Positions 52,609 through 62,481 of a DNA stretch of 64,000 nucleotides are shown in pieces; the first letter of the stretch is position 1, and every line of letters starts with the position of its first letter. The translations under genes and the position numbers were made by a program. Source of the stretch: an uncultured delta proteobacterium (GTDB lineage Bacteria > Desulfobacterota > Binatia > Bin18). The stretch covers positions 32,001-96,000 of the forward strand of contig CAVTCR010000060.1 of assembly GCA_963733195.1 (NCBI GenBank), given 5' to 3'. Below the pieces are notes generated by a model, which worked only from the letters and a program-made list of their open reading frames with translations, had not been told where the DNA came from and ran no database searches.

Positions 52609-53358
52609 TCACCGCGCTGTAAACCCACCATCGATCACTAGCTCACTTCCTGTCACAAACGACGACTCGTCTGATGCTAAATAGAGCACACCGTAGGCGA
52701 CTTCCTCTGGCTTTCCATCACGCCCGAGGGGAGTCATGCGTAATACCATCTCGCGCCGTTCGGGATTAAGCGGTGCGGTCATCGGCGTCTCGATACGGCC
52801 TGGGTGGATCGAGTTCACACGAATCTTATCCTGAGCATATTGGACAGCAGCATTCTTGGTAAGTAATCGCACTGCACCTTTGCTCGCCTGATACGCCGGG
52901 ATATTGGAGAGGCCGACCAGTCCGGCTATCGACGAGATGTTAATAATCGACCCGCCTCCAGCCCGGCGCATGGCTGGAATAGCGTGTTTCATTCCCAGAA
53001 ACACGCCAGTCTGGTTGACGTTAATGACTTCGTTCCATGCTTCAAGGCTCGTCTCATCAAGTGGCGCCATACGCACGATTCCAGCATTATTCACCAAGAT
53101 GTTAAGTTTGCCATAGGTCCGTTCAGCGGTTTCGACCGCACGTTGCCAGTCGCTTTCTTTTGTCACATCCAGATGAATATAGATTGCTGCACCGCCTTGC
53201 TGGGAAATCTCCTGCACAGCTTTTTGTCCAGGCTCATCAAGCACATCGCCCATGACCACTTTCGCGCCTTCACGAACGAAGAGCCGCGCCTCACATTCCC
53301 CCATGCCACGGGCTGCGCCAGAAATAAGTGCTACTTTTCCATCGAGTCGTCCTGCCAT
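52609..53358 (-). CDS. Short-chain dehydrogenase/reductase
   Basis: GAARGMG, NNAG, YQASK; start MAGRLDGK (SD AAGGAGG). Confidence 0.92.
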   Translation of the reverse strand: MAGRLDGKVALISGAARGMGECEARLFVREGAKVVMGDVLDEPGQKAVQEISQQGGAAIYIHLDVTKESDWQRAVETAERTYGKLNILVNNAGIVRMAPLDETSLEAWNEVINVNQTGVFLGMKHAIPAMRRAGGGSIINISSIAGLVGLSNIPAYQASKGAVRLLTKNAAVQYAQDKIRVNSIHPGRIETPMTAPLNPERREMVLRMTPLGRDGKPEEVAYGVLYLASDESSFVTGSELVIDGGFTAR

Positions 53359-53472
53359 AGCGAAATCCTCCTTGGTCGCAGCTATATACCGCTCGTCGTG
53401 TGTCCACTCAAGACCGAGGAGTTGCGGTAGGCTCCTGTCTCTCGCTACAATCCGTCTGAAAGGGGAAGGGAC

Positions 53473-54354
53473 ATGGTGACACAACACGTTGTTGGACCCA
53501 CTTCACATTACTATTATTCTCAGCGCCTCAAGCTGCATTATGTCGACTGGGGCAATCCTGACAAGCCATTACTGGTGCTTATTCACGGCGGACGTGACCA
53601 CGCCCGCAACTGGGATTGGGTCGCGCAAGCGCTACGCAGTGACTATCACATAATCGTTCCTGACCTTCGTGGCCACGGCGACTCAGAGTGGGCGCGCGGT
53701 AGCGAGTACACAATGGTTGAGTACGTTGTCGACATCGCCCAGCTTCTCTCACAACTTGACACGTTTCCAGTGATACTGATTGGTCATTCTCTCGGTGGCG
53801 GTATTGTTCTGCAATATACTGGAGTCTATCCAGAAAAAGTCAGCAAAGTCGTGTCAATTGAGGGTCTGGGTCCTCCACCAGAGATGATTGAACAACAACC
53901 AAAACATGCACATGAGCGTATGCAGCGGTGGATTTCCCAGATGCGCGACTTAGCTGGGCGACTCCCACGCCGCTATAAGACCCTTGAAGAAGCCGTAAAA
54001 CGCATGCGCGAAGCGAACCAGCGTCTCACTGAAGAGCAGGCGTATCATCTCACAGTCCATGGGCTTTATCGTAATGAAGATGGAACCTATACCTGGAAAT
54101 TTGACAACTATGTACGCGCGCAATCGCCATACCGGTTTAACGTCGACGACGCCTGGGAAATTTGGGGGCGTATCACCTGCCCGACATTGCTGTTTCGCGG
54201 CCTAGAATCCTGGGCATCAGACCCCGAAAAAGATGGTCGGATCAAAGCTTTTCAGGATGCCCGGCTCGTGAACGTTCCTCGTGCAGGGCACTGGGTTCAT
54301 CACGATCAGCTTGATATTTTTCTGAAAGCAGTCCAGAACTTTCTTCGGAGTTAA
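53473..54354 (+). CDS. Alpha/beta hydrolase
   Basis: HGGRD, DLRGHG, GHSLGG, GHWVH. Confidence 0.9.
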   Translation: MVTQHVVGPTSHYYYSQRLKLHYVDWGNPDKPLLVLIHGGRDHARNWDWVAQALRSDYHIIVPDLRGHGDSEWARGSEYTMVEYVVDIAQLLSQLDTFPVILIGHSLGGGIVLQYTGVYPEKVSKVVSIEGLGPPPEMIEQQPKHAHERMQRWISQMRDLAGRLPRRYKTLEEAVKRMREANQRLTEEQAYHLTVHGLYRNEDGTYTWKFDNYVRAQSPYRFNVDDAWEIWGRITCPTLLFRGLESWASDPEKDGRIKAFQDARLVNVPRAGHWVHHDQLDIFLKAVQNFLRS

Positions 54355-55019
54355 GACGCTAGCACAATCGGTGAGAGCACTTTCTCCTGTAACCACCCGG
54401 AGAGATCGGTGAGACTCTGCGCATTCAACTCATGACCCATCTCATACTCGCGATAAGTAACAGGAACGCGAAGGTCACGCAGTTTCTCAGACGACTGACG
54501 AGCTTTGTCGACCCCGACCAGTTCATCACGGTTACCATGTTGAATCAAAACAGGTAGTTGTTCCGTAGCAGGGACATCAGGCAAGACCGATAACAAATCT
54601 TGCGGTAGCCACGAACTCAGCGAAGCCAGACCGGCGAATCGTTCTGGTTCCCCAAGGCCCAGACTGTAGGCCATCACTCCGCCCTGACTAAATCCAAGGA
54701 TCGCAAGCTGCTTGCCGTCAATTGGATATCGGCAAAGCGCATCATCAAGAAAGATTCGTAATGCTTCACGTGCACTTATCACCGCCTTCACATCGAGCGG
54801 CCCTCCCATGGTGAGAGGAAACCAACCATAACCAACAGCGGATCCTCCTAGCGGTACTTGGACTGGCCCTTGCGGGCAAAGTACGAGAAATCTTCCTCCG
54901 CAAATGTACGGAGCCAGCCCTAACAAATCGAGCGCATTTGCGCCCCAGCCATGCAGTGTCAGTAGCGTTGGATGTGGTCCCTTGCCCGGGGGTTCAAAGA
55001 CTGTATGGATAAGATTCAT
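54351..55019 (-). CDS. Phospholipase/carboxylesterase
   Basis: LHGWG, GFSQGG, HG..D, MGH. Confidence 0.88.
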   Translation of the reverse strand: MNLIHTVFEPPGKGPHPTLLTLHGWGANALDLLGLAPYICGGRFLVLCPQGPVQVPLGGSAVGYGWFPLTMGGPLDVKAVISAREALRIFLDDALCRYPIDGKQLAILGFSQGGVMAYSLGLGEPERFAGLASLSSWLPQDLLSVLPDVPATEQLPVLIQHGNRDELVGVDKARQSSEKLRDLRVPVTYREYEMGHELNAQSLTDLSGWLQEKVLSPIVLAS

Positions 55020-55164
55020 GCATTGTCTCCCATTCAGTAGCCTGGCCTTGCTATCCGAAAAACGGACGAAAGGCAAGAAAAAGCCTTGTTTTTGCTCTTC
55101 ATATCCTCCTAAAATTTCCCCGCCAAGTGACGATCCTCCTCACGAACCCTAAGAAAGGACTCAT

Positions 55165-56242
55165 ATGGATATTACTTCCCTCCTCACCTTTGCGTCGCAA
55201 TCAGGGGCCTCGGACGTCCACCTCAGCAGTGGTGAGCCGCCGATGATTCGTATGCACGGCGATATGAAGAAACTCGATCATCCTGCGCTGACGCGCGAGC
55301 AGGTCCACGGCATGGTGTACGACATCATGAACGATAGCCAGCGTAAGCATTTTGAAGAACATCTAGAGCTGGACTTTTCCTTCGACATGGGGCAAATCGG
55401 TCGCTTTCGTGTCAACGTCTTCATGCAACAGCGGGGAGAAGGTGTCGTCTTCCGAACCATTCCTAGCAAGATTCTTTCAACGGAAGAGCTTGGTCTTCCG
55501 CCGATCCTGAAAAAATTCACCGAGAAGGAAAAAGGGTTGATTCTGGTGACTGGTCCGACTGGATCAGGAAAATCGACCACGCTCGCGGCTATGGTCGATT
55601 ACATTAATACCACATTCGAGGGACACATCATCACGATTGAAGACCCAATCGAATTTACGCATCGCTCCAAGAAATGTCTCGTCAATCAACGTGAGCTTGG
55701 CTCGCATACGTACTCATTCTCTAATGCACTCCGCGCTGTGTTGCGCGAAGATCCTGACGTGATTCTCGTCGGTGAAATGCGCGACCTCGAAACCATTCAG
55801 CTTGCTATCACTGCTGCAGAAACTGGTCATCTTAGTGTTCGGCACACTCCATTCTCCAAGTGCACCGGGCACTGTGGAACGCGTAGTCGACGTCTTCCCT
55901 GCCGGGCAACAAGCTCAGATTCGTACCCAGTTTGCCGAAGCTATCGAGGCTGTCATCACCCAGACGCTGTGCAAAAAACGCACAGGCGGGCGCGCTGCAG
56001 CATTAGAAATCTTGGTTGCCACCACCGCCGTACGCAATCTCATCCGTGAGGGCAAAACGCACCAGATTCCGTCGGCAATGCAGGTTGGTCAAAAGGACGG
56101 GATGCAAACGATGGATATGGCGCTCGTTGACCTGGCTAATCGTGGCGTCATCACACGCGAAGAAGCGCAAGCGAAGAGTGGGACCCCAAATCTTTTTGGT
56201 CAGGCAACGCAACCAGGCAAAGTTGCTGGAATGGGTCGCTAA
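55165..56242 (+). CDS. pilT: Type IV pilus retraction ATPase PilT, frameshift near 55834
   Basis: GPTGSGKSTT, EDPIEF, GEMRD, AETGHL-(extra A)-VFGTLH, AVRNLIRE, GMQT. Confidence 0.93.
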
Positions 56243-56270
56243 CAGGTGCGCATACCAGTTCGGAGGAGTG

Positions 56271-57419
56271 ATGAATTTTCAGGATTTTCTACAGGTCATG
56301 GTCGAGCGCAATGCGTCGGATATCTACTTCACAGCGTATAGTCCACCGATGTATCGCGTCGAAGGGATTACTCGCCCAGTCGGCGATTATCGTTTCACTC
56401 CACAGGACTTAGAATCCCTGGCTCGCTCGATCATGAGCGAGCGACAGTGGAGCGAATTTGTCGAGCAACGCGAGATGAATCTCGCCGTGTCTATTTCTAA
56501 ACTAAGCCGTTTCCGTGTCAATATCTTCTGGCAGCGTGGCTCCGTTGCGATGGTCGTTCGCAGAATTGTGGTCGAGATTCCAACCCTTGAGCAGCTTGGA
56601 CTCCCACCGATCCTCAAAGATATTATTATGACCAAACGGGGATTGATCCTTATCGTCGGCGCGACGGGTTCTGGAAAATCGACCTCGCTTGCCGCCATGA
56701 TCAATCATCGCAATACGACAAGTCCCGGCCACATCATCACGGTAGAAGACCCAATTGAATACGTCCACCCCCATAAGCAGTCGATCATCAATCAGCGAGA
56801 AGTGGGGTTTGACACCCACACTTTCCAAGCGGCGCTGAAGAGCGCTATGCGACAGGCACCAGATGTGATTCTCATCGGTGAAATTCGTGACACAGAAACG
56901 ATGGAAGCTGCCATCACCTTCGCTGACACGGGCCATCTGTGCCTTGCCACTCTACACTCAACGAACGCTAACCAAGCATTCGAGCGTATTCTCAACTTCT
57001 TCCCCGAGACTCGGCATCCTCAGATTTTGCTGCAACTCTCCTTGAACATGCGCTCCATTGTGTCTCAGCGATTAGTCATCGGCAAAACAGCAAAACGAAT
57101 AGCCGCACTTGAGATCATGATGGACACCCCACGGGTCAAGGAATTAATTCAGCGTGGGGAAATTGGCGTCATCAAAGAAGCAATGGAGCAGAGCGCACAG
57201 GAAGGTTGTCAGACGTTCGACATGGCGCTGTACGATCTGTACACCTCAGGAAAAATCGACCTCGATCAAGCACTGAGCAATGCGGATAGCGTGAATAACC
57301 TACGCCTCAAGATCAAAGTGGCAGAAACCAAAGATGCGGCAACAGAAGGAAAAACAGACGCCGGAGCATTCCGGATCGAAGGTGCCCAGGCACAGCAACG
57401 GCGGTTCGAGCGGTTGTAA
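56271..57419 (+). CDS. pilU: Type IV pilus ATPase PilU
   Basis: GATGSGKSTSLAAM, RQAPDVILIGEIRD, ANQA..RI.NFFP; directly follows pilT. Confidence 0.9.
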   Translation: MNFQDFLQVMVERNASDIYFTAYSPPMYRVEGITRPVGDYRFTPQDLESLARSIMSERQWSEFVEQREMNLAVSISKLSRFRVNIFWQRGSVAMVVRRIVVEIPTLEQLGLPPILKDIIMTKRGLILIVGATGSGKSTSLAAMINHRNTTSPGHIITVEDPIEYVHPHKQSIINQREVGFDTHTFQAALKSAMRQAPDVILIGEIRDTETMEAAITFADTGHLCLATLHSTNANQAFERILNFFPETRHPQILLQLSLNMRSIVSQRLVIGKTAKRIAALEIMMDTPRVKELIQRGEIGVIKEAMEQSAQEGCQTFDMALYDLYTSGKIDLDQALSNADSVNNLRLKIKVAETKDAATEGKTDAGAFRIEGAQAQQRRFERL

Positions 57420-57483
57420 TCAATTCCCAAGAAGAGATTCGAGGGTCGCACAGGAAACCGGACGTTAGGCACAGCGTCCGGTT

Positions 57484-58186
57484 TTATTTTTTCTGCCGAG
57501 ATTCTACAGCAAGGATCGCTTCAGCCAACCAAAAATCGTCAGGTGTCGTAAGTTTGAAATTTCGCAGCGACCCAACAACAACTTTGACGGTCTTACCACT
57601 CCACTCCAGCAGTGCAGCATCGTCAGTTGCGGTAACTCCTTCAGCCGCGGCTCGGGCATGAGCCTCACGAATCAATGGAACACGGAAAGTCTGCGGTGTT
57701 TGCGCAAGCCAGAGATGTCGTCGCGGCACTGTTTCCGTCACTACCCCGTCTTCTGTAGACACGCTTGATCGTGTCTCGTGCAGGGACAGCAACTACTGCT
57801 CCTCCATGTTCAGTTGCAGCTTGAATGCTCGCGTCAAGGATGTCAGGGTCAAGAAAAGGACGCGCCGCATCATGAATCGCTACAATGGCGCTTTCCGGGT
57901 CGAGTGCAGCTAACCCATAACGAACAGAGTCTTGTCGTTCTGCTCCTCCGTGAACGAGTGTAATAGGAATACTCAATAGATCGTGTGTTTGTAGTATCTC
58001 TCGGCACAGCGACTCACGCTCTGCAGCAATCACAAGAATAATTTTACGGATGAGTGGAGAGCGTGCTACTGTCCGTAAAGTATGAACAAGTAGCGGAGTA
58101 CCAGACAGAGGGAGAAAAGGCTTAGGAAGAACTGCTCCCATTCTTTCTCCCTTGCCGGCAGCGACTATGATAACGTCGGCCTGCAT
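57484..58186 (-). CDS. ispD: 2-C-methyl-D-erythritol 4-phosphate cytidylyltransferase, frameshift near 57755
   Basis: AAGKGERM, GGAERQDSV, HDAARP; QTPQ, TDD and KLTT in the second frame. Confidence 0.92.
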
Positions 58187-58241
58187 AGCAGTGAAGGTTG
58201 GCAGTCGGCTAAGCCTTTTATGATGCAGGGGACACAAATCG

Positions 58242-58724
58242 TTAGTGAGTGAAAATGCTCTTTAAATCTTCGAGAATTTTTTCTTCTGTATGTGCGCTTG
58301 CAAGTGCAAGCTCTTTGACCAAGAGATTGCGAGCAGTGTCAAGCATTTTCCGTTCGCCGAAGGACAACTCTTTATCAGCTTTCAGGACAAAAAGATCACG
58401 CAGAACTTTGGCAATTTCGAGAACAGAGCCGGTCTTGATACGTTCGGAGTATTCACGATATCGGCGGTTCCACGTCTGTTGATCAACTTCAACTTTCTTT
58501 GTTCGGAGAATACGATAGACTTTGTTGACCATGTCTTTGCTGATGATGGGACGTAACCCAGCAGTCGCAACGTTCTCCGTCGGAATCATTATGGTCATTT
58601 CGCTCTCTAGAATCCGCAGCATATAAAATTTGCGCTGCAGCCCAGAGACGTTCTTTGCTTGTAAGCCCTCGATTACTCCAACGCCGTGGCCAGGATAGAC
58701 AACCTTCTCTCCAAATCGAAACAT
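58242..58724 (-). CDS. carD: CarD/CdnL family RNA polymerase-binding regulator
   Basis: VVYPGHGVG, GLRP, WNRRYRE, LSFGER. Confidence 0.93.
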   Translation of the reverse strand: MFRFGEKVVYPGHGVGVIEGLQAKNVSGLQRKFYMLRILESEMTIMIPTENVATAGLRPIISKDMVNKVYRILRTKKVEVDQQTWNRRYREYSERIKTGSVLEIAKVLRDLFVLKADKELSFGERKMLDTARNLLVKELALASAHTEEKILEDLKSIFTH

Positions 58725-58765
58725 GGGCTCCCTCCTTACCGAGTCGGCAGGACAATTAGTCGGGG

Positions 58766-58794
58766 ATTCTATCCGATGATCATAAACCCGTCAA
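58766..58794 (-). promoter_or_regulatory. Sigma70 promoter of carD-ispD
   Basis: Minus strand TTGACG-N17-TAGAAT with AT-rich upstream sequence. Confidence 0.7.
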
Positions 58795-58987
58795 CGACGT
58801 AAGTATCTGAAAAATATAGCTTTTTAAGAATATAATTTAAAAAATCCTAACCTTTTCTGTAGTTTGAACAAGTAAGGTTCATGGGTTACTAGAAGATTTT
58901 TCTCGAAAAAAGATTTACTAACAGTGATTAGCAAAATGTAAAAGGAAACTAATAGGGAAAATTGACATCAATTATACATATAAGACC

Positions 58988-59548
58988 CTAAGAAAAAGGA
59001 TGGTATATCTGCGAGAGATTACAAATCATCAGCAAAGCGTCTTCGCCATTTTCATAATATAGTTTCCTCACAGCAACTTTTTCAAACCCAAAGCTCTCAT
59101 ATAAATCCAAAGCAACAACATTGCTTTTTCGTACTTCAAGGCTAAGTGACCGCACTCCTTGTGTTATTGCCTCCTGTAGAACGTGCTGGACAAGTAACTT
59201 TCCTGTTCCCCTACGACGGTATTCTGGAAGGACGGCCACATTTGCAATCTGGCCTTCATCACAAACAAACCATGCACAAATATACCCAATAACAAGTGCT
59301 CCCTCTTCCAATACCCATAATCGACTATAGGGATTCTTGAATTCATTACGGAACGCTGTTTCCGTCCAAGGTTGAGAAAAAGAAGCCTGTTCGACCTTAA
59401 GGAGAGCTAATAGGTCACTTTCCTTCGCAAAACGGATAGCCCTTCTCTGATGAAGTAGCCGGTCACTAGTATATTGGGCTTCCTTATTCTTCAGCATAAA
59501 ATAATTTATCGGTAAAAACCTGTTTTTTCGAAAAATTTCTCTTGACAA
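58988..59548 (-). CDS. rimI: Ribosomal protein S18 N-acetyltransferase (start uncertain)
   Basis: F..PW, NVAV.PEYRRRG.G, LEVRKSN, YY.NGEDA. Confidence 0.85.
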   Translation of the reverse strand: MSREIFRKNRFLPINYFMLKNKEAQYTSDRLLHQRRAIRFAKESDLLALLKVEQASFSQPWTETAFRNEFKNPYSRLWVLEEGALVIGYICAWFVCDEGQIANVAVLPEYRRRGTGKLLVQHVLQEAITQGVRSLSLEVRKSNVVALDLYESFGFEKVAVRKLYYENGEDALLMICNLSQIYHPFS

Positions 59549-59571
59549 GAGAGGGGAAAAAGTTCCATAAA
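59542..59571 (+). promoter_or_regulatory. Putative promoter of comEA
   Basis: TTGACA-N18-CATAAA. Confidence 0.4.
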
Positions 59572-59613
59572 TAGGAAAATTAACACCCGGGCATCCGGGA
59601 AAGGAGTACTTAT

Positions 59614-59988
59614 ATGAAACGCTGGGAGACCTACCTCATCACCACCGCACTCGCAGCGGGACTCACTGGAGCTTCATTTGCATGGGGGCAACAACAGATG
59701 CCTAAATCTGGTGTTTCTCCATCTACACCTGCTATGGCTCCAGCAGCAATGACAGCAGCGACTCCAGGCGCACCGGATCCTGCGACCGTAACCGGAGCAC
59801 AAGTCAACATCAACAGTGCTGACGAAGCAGCATTAATGTCAGTTAAGGGGGTCGGGAAAGCAAAGGCAAAAGCGATCATCGAGTATCGACAGAAGAATGG
59901 TCCTTTCAAATCAGTCGACGATCTAACGAAGATCAAAGGAATCAAAAGCAAATCACTGCAAAAATTTAAGAACCAGCTCACAATTTGA
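59614..59988 (+). CDS. comEA: ComEA helix-hairpin-helix DNA-binding protein
   Basis: Signal peptide, VNINSA, KGVGKAKA..II.YR..NGPFKSVDDL..IKGI. Confidence 0.9.
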   Translation: MKRWETYLITTALAAGLTGASFAWGQQQMPKSGVSPSTPAMAPAAMTAATPGAPDPATVTGAQVNINSADEAALMSVKGVGKAKAKAIIEYRQKNGPFKSVDDLTKIKGIKSKSLQKFKNQLTI

Positions 59989-60008
59989 TAGTCGAGTGTG
60001 ATAACAAG

Positions 60009-60039
60009 AAAAAAGGAGACCCAGACGGTCTCCTTTTTT
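60009..60039. terminator. Bidirectional Rho-independent terminator
   Basis: AAAAAA-GGAGACC-loop-GGTCTCC-TTTTTT between convergent genes. Confidence 0.85.
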
Positions 60040-60127
60040 GATTTATTAATAGACAAGAACAAGTCATGTTTTTTCGGATCTTTGTACGACTTTGCGTAAG
60101 AAGAGCTAGTCATCCTTCCGATGCGCT

Positions 60128-60409
60128 TTACTTCATTGTTACCTTCTGATCACACTCTGATCGACACTGTTTCGAGAAATCATCTGCCTGCGTGTTGCAG
60201 GTACTCATCTGATCGAATTTTTGTTCACTCGCAAGTTTGTCGCTGCACTCTTTGAACATCTTTTCTGACGCTGTCTTGCATTCATTCCGACAAGCCGTCA
60301 AGGCGTCAGGCGGTGGTGGTTTCGGTGGCTCCTTTTTTTGTTCACACGCGGGCAACCCCAGGAGTCCGACCATAAGCGTCACTCCCGCTATCGCCTTCCA
60401 ATTCTTCAT
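60128..60409 (-). CDS. Small Cys-rich hypothetical lipoprotein
   Basis: SD AAGGAGG, lipobox LPA-C, Pro linker, six more Cys. Confidence 0.75.
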   Translation of the reverse strand: MKNWKAIAGVTLMVGLLGLPACEQKKEPPKPPPPDALTACRNECKTASEKMFKECSDKLASEQKFDQMSTCNTQADDFSKQCRSECDQKVTMK

Positions 60410-60582
60410 TCTCTTCCTCCTTAATATCTCGAATACTCCCCTCCCATGTTGTCCATGGAAGACGAGGTTACTTCTTCGTTCTCATAGCATTGACACTTGC
60501 GCTCGAAAAGACAGGCATGGTAACACTCTCACACGATGGAATGCATGCTTTTTTCGCAGTCGGCGTGCTTAGGCATTGCTTT

Positions 60583-62481
60583 ATGGAGACGCTAGTCACA
60601 GAATCAGTGCTAGACTCAAAACTTCCACTGTTACCCACACACCCGGGCGTCTATCTTTTTAGAGACAAAGCGGGCGACGTCATTTACGTCGGGAAAGCCA
60701 AGAACCTGCGTGCTCGCGTTCGCCAGTACGCCCGTGGAGGTGACGGGCGCGTACAAATCCGCTTCCTTCTCGCGCAATTGGCTGATGTCGAGGTATTAAT
60801 CACTAACAGTGAAAAAGAAGCGTTGTTGCTTGAGAATACCCTCATCAAGCAACATTGGCCGCGGTATAATATCCGTCTCAAAGACGATAAGTCATATTGG
60901 CACATCAAAGTGACGACCCAGCACCCATGGCCTCGTCTCTTTTTGACTCGCCATATTGTTAAAGATGGAAACAAGTATCTTGGCCCGTTTCACGCGAGTA
61001 CCGCAGTACAAGAAACGCTAGAGATCATCCGTAAAACGTTCCCCCTTCGCACCTGTTCAGACACAGTCTTTCGGAATCGAACGCGGCCATGCTTGGAGTA
61101 CCAGATCAAGCGTTGCCTCGGTCCATGCACCCTTCCCGTTGATCCAGAAGAGTATCGACGACAGCTGAAGAATGCCTTGTTACTTCTAGAAGGGAAGAAC
61201 ACCGAGTTGATCAACCAACTCACCACCCGGATGCAAGCGGCCGCGGAGTCTCTACACTTTGAAGAGGCCGCCTTACTTCGAGACCAGATCCATGCCATCA
61301 CCCAAACCGGAGAAAAACAACAGGTCGCTACGCCCCTCGGCAGCGATCAAGACATTTTTGGTCTCTATCGCGAAGGCGGAGCAATCGAAGTTCAGGTTCT
61401 TTTCGTACGCGCCGGTGCTCTCGTGGGCAATCAAGAATATAGCTTTGACGACAATGAATTCCCCGAAGAGGAAGTGTTAGCTGAGCTGTTGAGTCAATTT
61501 TACCAAGAAGATCGATTTATCCCGGATGAAATCTTGTTGCCTGTCGTGTTAGAAGATGCGGAGGTACGAGAAGAGCTGCTCCGCGAACGCAAAGGAAAGA
61601 AAGTTTCGATCCTTTGTCCACAGCGTGGCGACAAAGTTCGCATGCTAGAAATGGCTCACGAGAATGCACAGCAAAGTTACACAGAAAAGCGTCAAAGTAC
61701 AGAACAGAAGGAGAAAACGCTCGACCACCTTCGCCGTGCGTTACACCTGCGTAATGCACCGAAACGGATTGAGTGTTTTGACATCTCTAATATTCAGGGC
61801 AACCTCGCTGTTGGGTCGATGGTCGTCTTTAATGAAGCGGAGCCAGAGAAAAACCGCTACCGTCGCTTCCGTATAAAAACCGTCGAGGGAGCGGATGATT
61901 TTGCCATGATGTACGAGGTGTTGACCCGTCGCTATCGCCGTGCCCTAGAAGAACACGATCTCCCCGACCTGCTCATGGTCGATGGAGGGAAGGGGCAACT
62001 CGGTGTTGCTGTCGAGGTATTCCGCGAACTCAATATTACCGTTGTTGACCTTATCGGCCTCGCTAAGATGCGGACTGAGCGCGATCCTTTTGCTGAGGAG
62101 GTTACGCACTCTGCCGAACGTGTTTTTCTTCCGGGGCGAAAAAACCCTATTATTTTGAAGCCCAACTCCACTGCTCTGTTTCTCTTGCAACGGATACGCG
62201 ACGAAGCCCATCGTTTTGCTATCACCTACCATCGTCAGTTGCGGGCCAAAGAGCGATTGAGTTCGCCGCTTGATAGCGTCCCAGGCGTTGGCCCAGCCCG
62301 CCGCAAGTTACTGCTGCGACATTTCGGCAGCATGAAACGCATTCAAGCAGCAACGGTTGAGGAATTATTGCAAGTCCTAGGAATAACAAGCGCCACAGCT
62401 GATGCGGTTCACCATTGGAGTACGCAACGAAACAGAAGTAATCAGGAATCGTCAACAACAGATGAACAATTTCAAGAATGA
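60583..62481 (+). CDS. uvrC: Excinuclease ABC subunit C
   Basis: PGVY..YVGKAKNLR GIY-YIG, RIECFDISN, DGGKGQ, RDEAHRFA, HhH. Confidence 0.96.
   Translation: METLVTESVLDSKLPLLPTHPGVYLFRDKAGDVIYVGKAKNLRARVRQYARGGDGRVQIRFLLAQLADVEVLITNSEKEALLLENTLIKQHWPRYNIRLKDDKSYWHIKVTTQHPWPRLFLTRHIVKDGNKYLGPFHASTAVQETLEIIRKTFPLRTCSDTVFRNRTRPCLEYQIKRCLGPCTLPVDPEEYRRQLKNALLLLEGKNTELINQLTTRMQAAAESLHFEEAALLRDQIHAITQTGEKQQVATPLGSDQDIFGLYREGGAIEVQVLFVRAGALVGNQEYSFDDNEFPEEEVLAELLSQFYQEDRFIPDEILLPVVLEDAEVREELLRERKGKKVSILCPQRGDKVRMLEMAHENAQQSYTEKRQSTEQKEKTLDHLRRALHLRNAPKRIECFDISNIQGNLAVGSMVVFNEAEPEKNRYRRFRIKTVEGADDFAMMYEVLTRRYRRALEEHDLPDLLMVDGGKGQLGVAVEVFRELNITVVDLIGLAKMRTERDPFAEEVTHSAERVFLPGRKNPIILKPNSTALFLLQRIRDEAHRFAITYHRQLRAKERLSSPLDSVPGVGPARRKLLLRHFGSMKRIQAATVEELLQVLGITSATADAVHHWSTQRNRSNQESSTTDEQFQE

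Noticed and set aside
57484-58724. carD-ispD without ispF
   Set aside because: ispF may simply be elsewhere in the genome; nothing in the window suggests loss.
58800-58990. Candidate oriC
   Set aside because: AT-rich but with no cluster of DnaA boxes; explained by the carD promoter region.
43737-60582. Long N-terminal extensions in the ORF track (Mo-oxidoreductase, biotin carboxylase, SDR, pilU, uvrC)
   Set aside because: Downstream ATGs match family N-termini, mostly with an SD; the extensions overlap neighbouring genes or promoter regions and are longest-ORF artefacts. Unlike rnpA, each has a good internal start.
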